DNA of 63,863 bases, the filler included, from Craspedostauros australis (taxonomy: Eukaryota), in the NCBI GenBank assembly GCA_030167865.1. It is 13 parts of 13 records of this genome, joined end to end, with 100 filler letters (N's around TTAATTAATTAA, not from the genome) between each part and the next. Parts side by side here need not be neighbours in the genome. Positions count along the whole stretch, not along the records: positions 61,283 to 62,725 come from JALAGF010003614.1; positions 62,826 to 63,863 come from JALAGF010003630.1; 11 more parts are not named here. One strand, given 5' to 3'. Both the position numbers and the translations under genes were made by a program. Below, in pieces: positions 61,283 through 63,863 of this stretch (position 1 is the first letter of the stretch; each line of letters opens with the position of its first letter). The notes beneath the pieces are model-generated. The model searched no databases. It had not been told where the DNA came from and saw only the letters and a program-made list of their open reading frames with translations.

Positions 61283-62231
61283 GACTGGTGATGAGCCGAT
61301 CCCATGGCAAGACTTCGAGGCTCAAGCCGCACAAGGTCTCGACAAAGAGTCATTGGATCCATCTGAGGTTCCAGCAGATTTGATAAACTTATATGCTCGG
61401 GAGTGGACCCTGGTATACCATCGACGGTATGAAACTGCGGAACGCCTCTACGACTCCTTCGACTTTTTTGCTTCCCGAGACCATACCTGTCTGATGGTGT
61501 TGGCCTCACCCTTCTTCGCAGGCTTGATTGCGGCGGGAAGGTACAGAGAGACAGGACACCTCCGCCATCTGGCAACCCTGCGCAAGTCCATCAAGACCCT
61601 CCGCAACATCGGGAAGACCAGAGGAAGGAACTGGATCCACAAGGCATTCTTGCTCGAGGCTGAAAAGCGCTCGATCACTATCAAGAACAAGCGCCATTCC
61701 AGGATCCAGAACGCGTACAACCTGGCGATCGTCACTGCCTCGCAATCTATGTGTATCTATGATGCAGCTCTCGCCTGTGAGCTGGCAGGCGAGCACTATG
61801 CTCAGAACGACGCCCCAGACCTGATCAGCGACTACTTCGACAACGCTGTTGATCACTACACAGCATGGGGATGCAAGACCAAGGTCGATGACATCAAGGA
61901 ACGACGTGGCCAATTCGTCACCACACGGTATCGACATGGCAGCCTCAACCCGAAGCTGGCGGAATGGACCCGCCGCAACCACAAGATCGATGAGCTGCTT
62001 GGAATTGCATCGCCTGCGAATCTCTCTGGATTTGAGATCATACCTAAACCCGGTCCAGCCGACATGCGTTCCAGAAACAGTACGCGCAAGGGCATCGATG
62101 GCTGCACTCACGCCACAGGATCGAAGACGTACGAGACAGACGCATTGTCCGAGGATGGAGACGCAGAGTACGACCACGATGACGTGGACGAGCACGATGA
62201 CGATGTCTCGGTGCTAACATACGGTTCTTAA
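61283..62231 (+). CDS. C-terminal helical (TPR-like) region of a diatom STAND/AAA ATPase-type protein (COG3899-like), 5'-truncated
   Basis: HKAFLLEAE, YNLAI..A, DAALACELAG, AVDHYTAWGCKTKV; frame open from 61284. Confidence 0.75.
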
Positions 62232-62641
62232 GAGCGGCCTCGAGACAGCCCGAGCAACCGAAGTGCTCGTACGAGTAGGCTGCTGCCAACAATGAGCACG
62301 TTGCGCCGTCACCACATACCACACCACATACCACACCCTGACATACATTACATGCCATTACATGACATTACATCGATGAATACGCGTACAGCACAGTATA
62401 GAGTATTGCACATTGCACACCATCGCACAACCGCAGAGGATGCCATTCCGCAATTCTGGTATTACTCTGGAGTAGAAAGATGCAAAGAGTGTATGGTACT
62501 ATTGCCATGTGCTGCGTTAGAATTGGCTCTCTTTAGAGGATTGGCGAAGGCAGCTACGGGCGAGGGCAGCTCCAGGCGAGGCCAGGGGCTGCACCAAGCT
62601 CGTACGCAAATGCATAGTTCGAAGGAATGATTGGGAGCCTT

Positions 62642-62725
62642 TCTGTGAGGATCTGTGAGGATCTGTGAGGATCTGTGAGGATCTGTGAGGATCTGTGAGG
62701 ATCTGTGAGGATCTGTGAGGATCTG
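62642..62725 (+). repeat. 10-bp tandem repeat (TCTGTGAGGA)n
   Basis: About 8 perfect units running into the gap. Confidence 0.95.
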
Positions 62726-62825
62726 NNNNNNNNNNNNNNNNNNNNNNNNNNNNNNNNNNNNNNNNNNNNTTAATTAATTAANNNNNNNNNNNNNNNNNNN
62801 NNNNNNNNNNNNNNNNNNNNNNNNN

Positions 62826-63863
62826 ACAAACAGCAGACGAGGAACGAGTATGCTGTAAGACAGCCTCTCTTCATGGACTTTCTCAAACCTTCCAGCGAGC
62901 TCGCTGGCGATGGCGTACCGTTGAAAGCAGACGGCCAGACGGAGTCTGACGGAATACCCAGCTGTCAAGAAGTAGGCGTCGTTGGAAACTTTATTGTTCA
63001 TCGATTGCGATCCGAAGTTTTGGACCTCGACCCAGTCAATAGGGGCATCACCAGCCAAGTTTCTCATCACCGGGAGTTGCGCCTCAGCCATCCTCTGAAC
63101 TGATAGGATGTGGTACTGTTTTGTCTGATCGATGATGGCACGCTGCGATTGGACGAGACTGCCGAGGTCCTGCCCAACGGCAATGCCAAGACTATTGCGG
63201 GAGGACCAATTCATGGCTGCAATGTCAACGTCACCAACCTGCATGGCCGATCTATATCCAGTCTCCAGATCCTTGAACTGCTCGTGGTGAGGTCTACTCC
63301 ATGAGAAAATGCAGGAGCTGGAGGTCAAGTGTACTCTGCCAGTGATTGTCTTTCCTTGCGTGATGTCCAGTATCTTTCTCGCAAGGAGGGCCAGGCGATT
63401 TGCAGTGCTGCAGTCGTTCATGGTCAGAGCAATCACCGCGCATGATGTCAAAGAAGAAGCCGAGTATTCGCACAGGCCATATTTCTTGACGAGGCGAAGT
63501 TGCTGGCCTATGCAGACAAGGCTGACCGATGAGTTCTTTATCAAGAAGGCTTGTATTGCAAGCTTGCTCAGAATCTTCATTCCCATCTCCTTGACAGGAT
63601 CAGTCATCGGCGGGAGATTCAGGATCGTCTCGTCGCTCTGACCCTTGATGAAGTTGCTCATGAAGCGCCAGTCCTTGGCGGCGTGAAGAGCGAACCACCT
63701 CTTGGGGAAGATCTTGAGCTCCTGGGCCACGCCGACCAGCAGCTTCACTGCCTTGTCATGCTGGTGTTGGCGGGTGAGGATGTCGGCCATCGGTATGTAG
63801 CATGGGAGTCGTTCCTCCAGCGTCTTCGCTCGTTTCAGGACGAGATTGAACATTGACGTGGCG
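62826..63863 (-). CDS. Internal fragment of another STAND/AAA ATPase-TPR-like protein, truncated at both ends
   Basis: ILNLPPMTDP..MKILSKL, KYGLCEYSA, GYRSAMQVGD.D.A motifs of the same family as 61283-62231. Confidence 0.72.

Overview
Eukaryotic nuclear DNA, very probably from a diatom. Support: GT-AG introns, a bipartite plastid-targeting presequence on HflX, a SET-spermidine synthase-AdoMetDC fusion, a cyclase-PDE chimera exon and STAND-ATPase paralogs. The window is not one locus. It is 13 contigs joined by artificial 100-nt linkers (N44-TTAATTAATTAA-N44), and several contigs overlap in reverse complement, so adjacency across linkers is meaningless. Host genes: a GT8 glycosyltransferase, a 2048-aa nucleotidyltransferase-ankyrin protein, tRNA-Thr(AGT), a PERK-like eIF2-alpha kinase, a PDE terminal exon (two near-identical copies), an ankyrin-repeat protein, plastid HflX, a DUF3752/GPALPP1-like protein, an amidohydrolase, a 1780-aa double-SET polyamine synthase fusion, a divergent importin-alpha and two STAND/TPR-like C-terminal fragments. 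Mobile DNA: a DIRS/Ngaro-like tyrosine-recombinase retrotransposon, a PIF/Harbinger element, a MULE transposase and a ~195-bp tandem array. The most striking item is the YR retrotransposon. Its pol appears to start with a degenerate C5 DNA-methyltransferase-like domain, its recombinase is fused to a PHD-like zinc finger, and both ORFs are preceded by same-phase splice acceptors. Also notable: contigs 7 and 8 close into a 9,678-bp circle or tandem unit (hflX plus ankyrin gene). All family calls are from motif recognition by eye; no searches were run.
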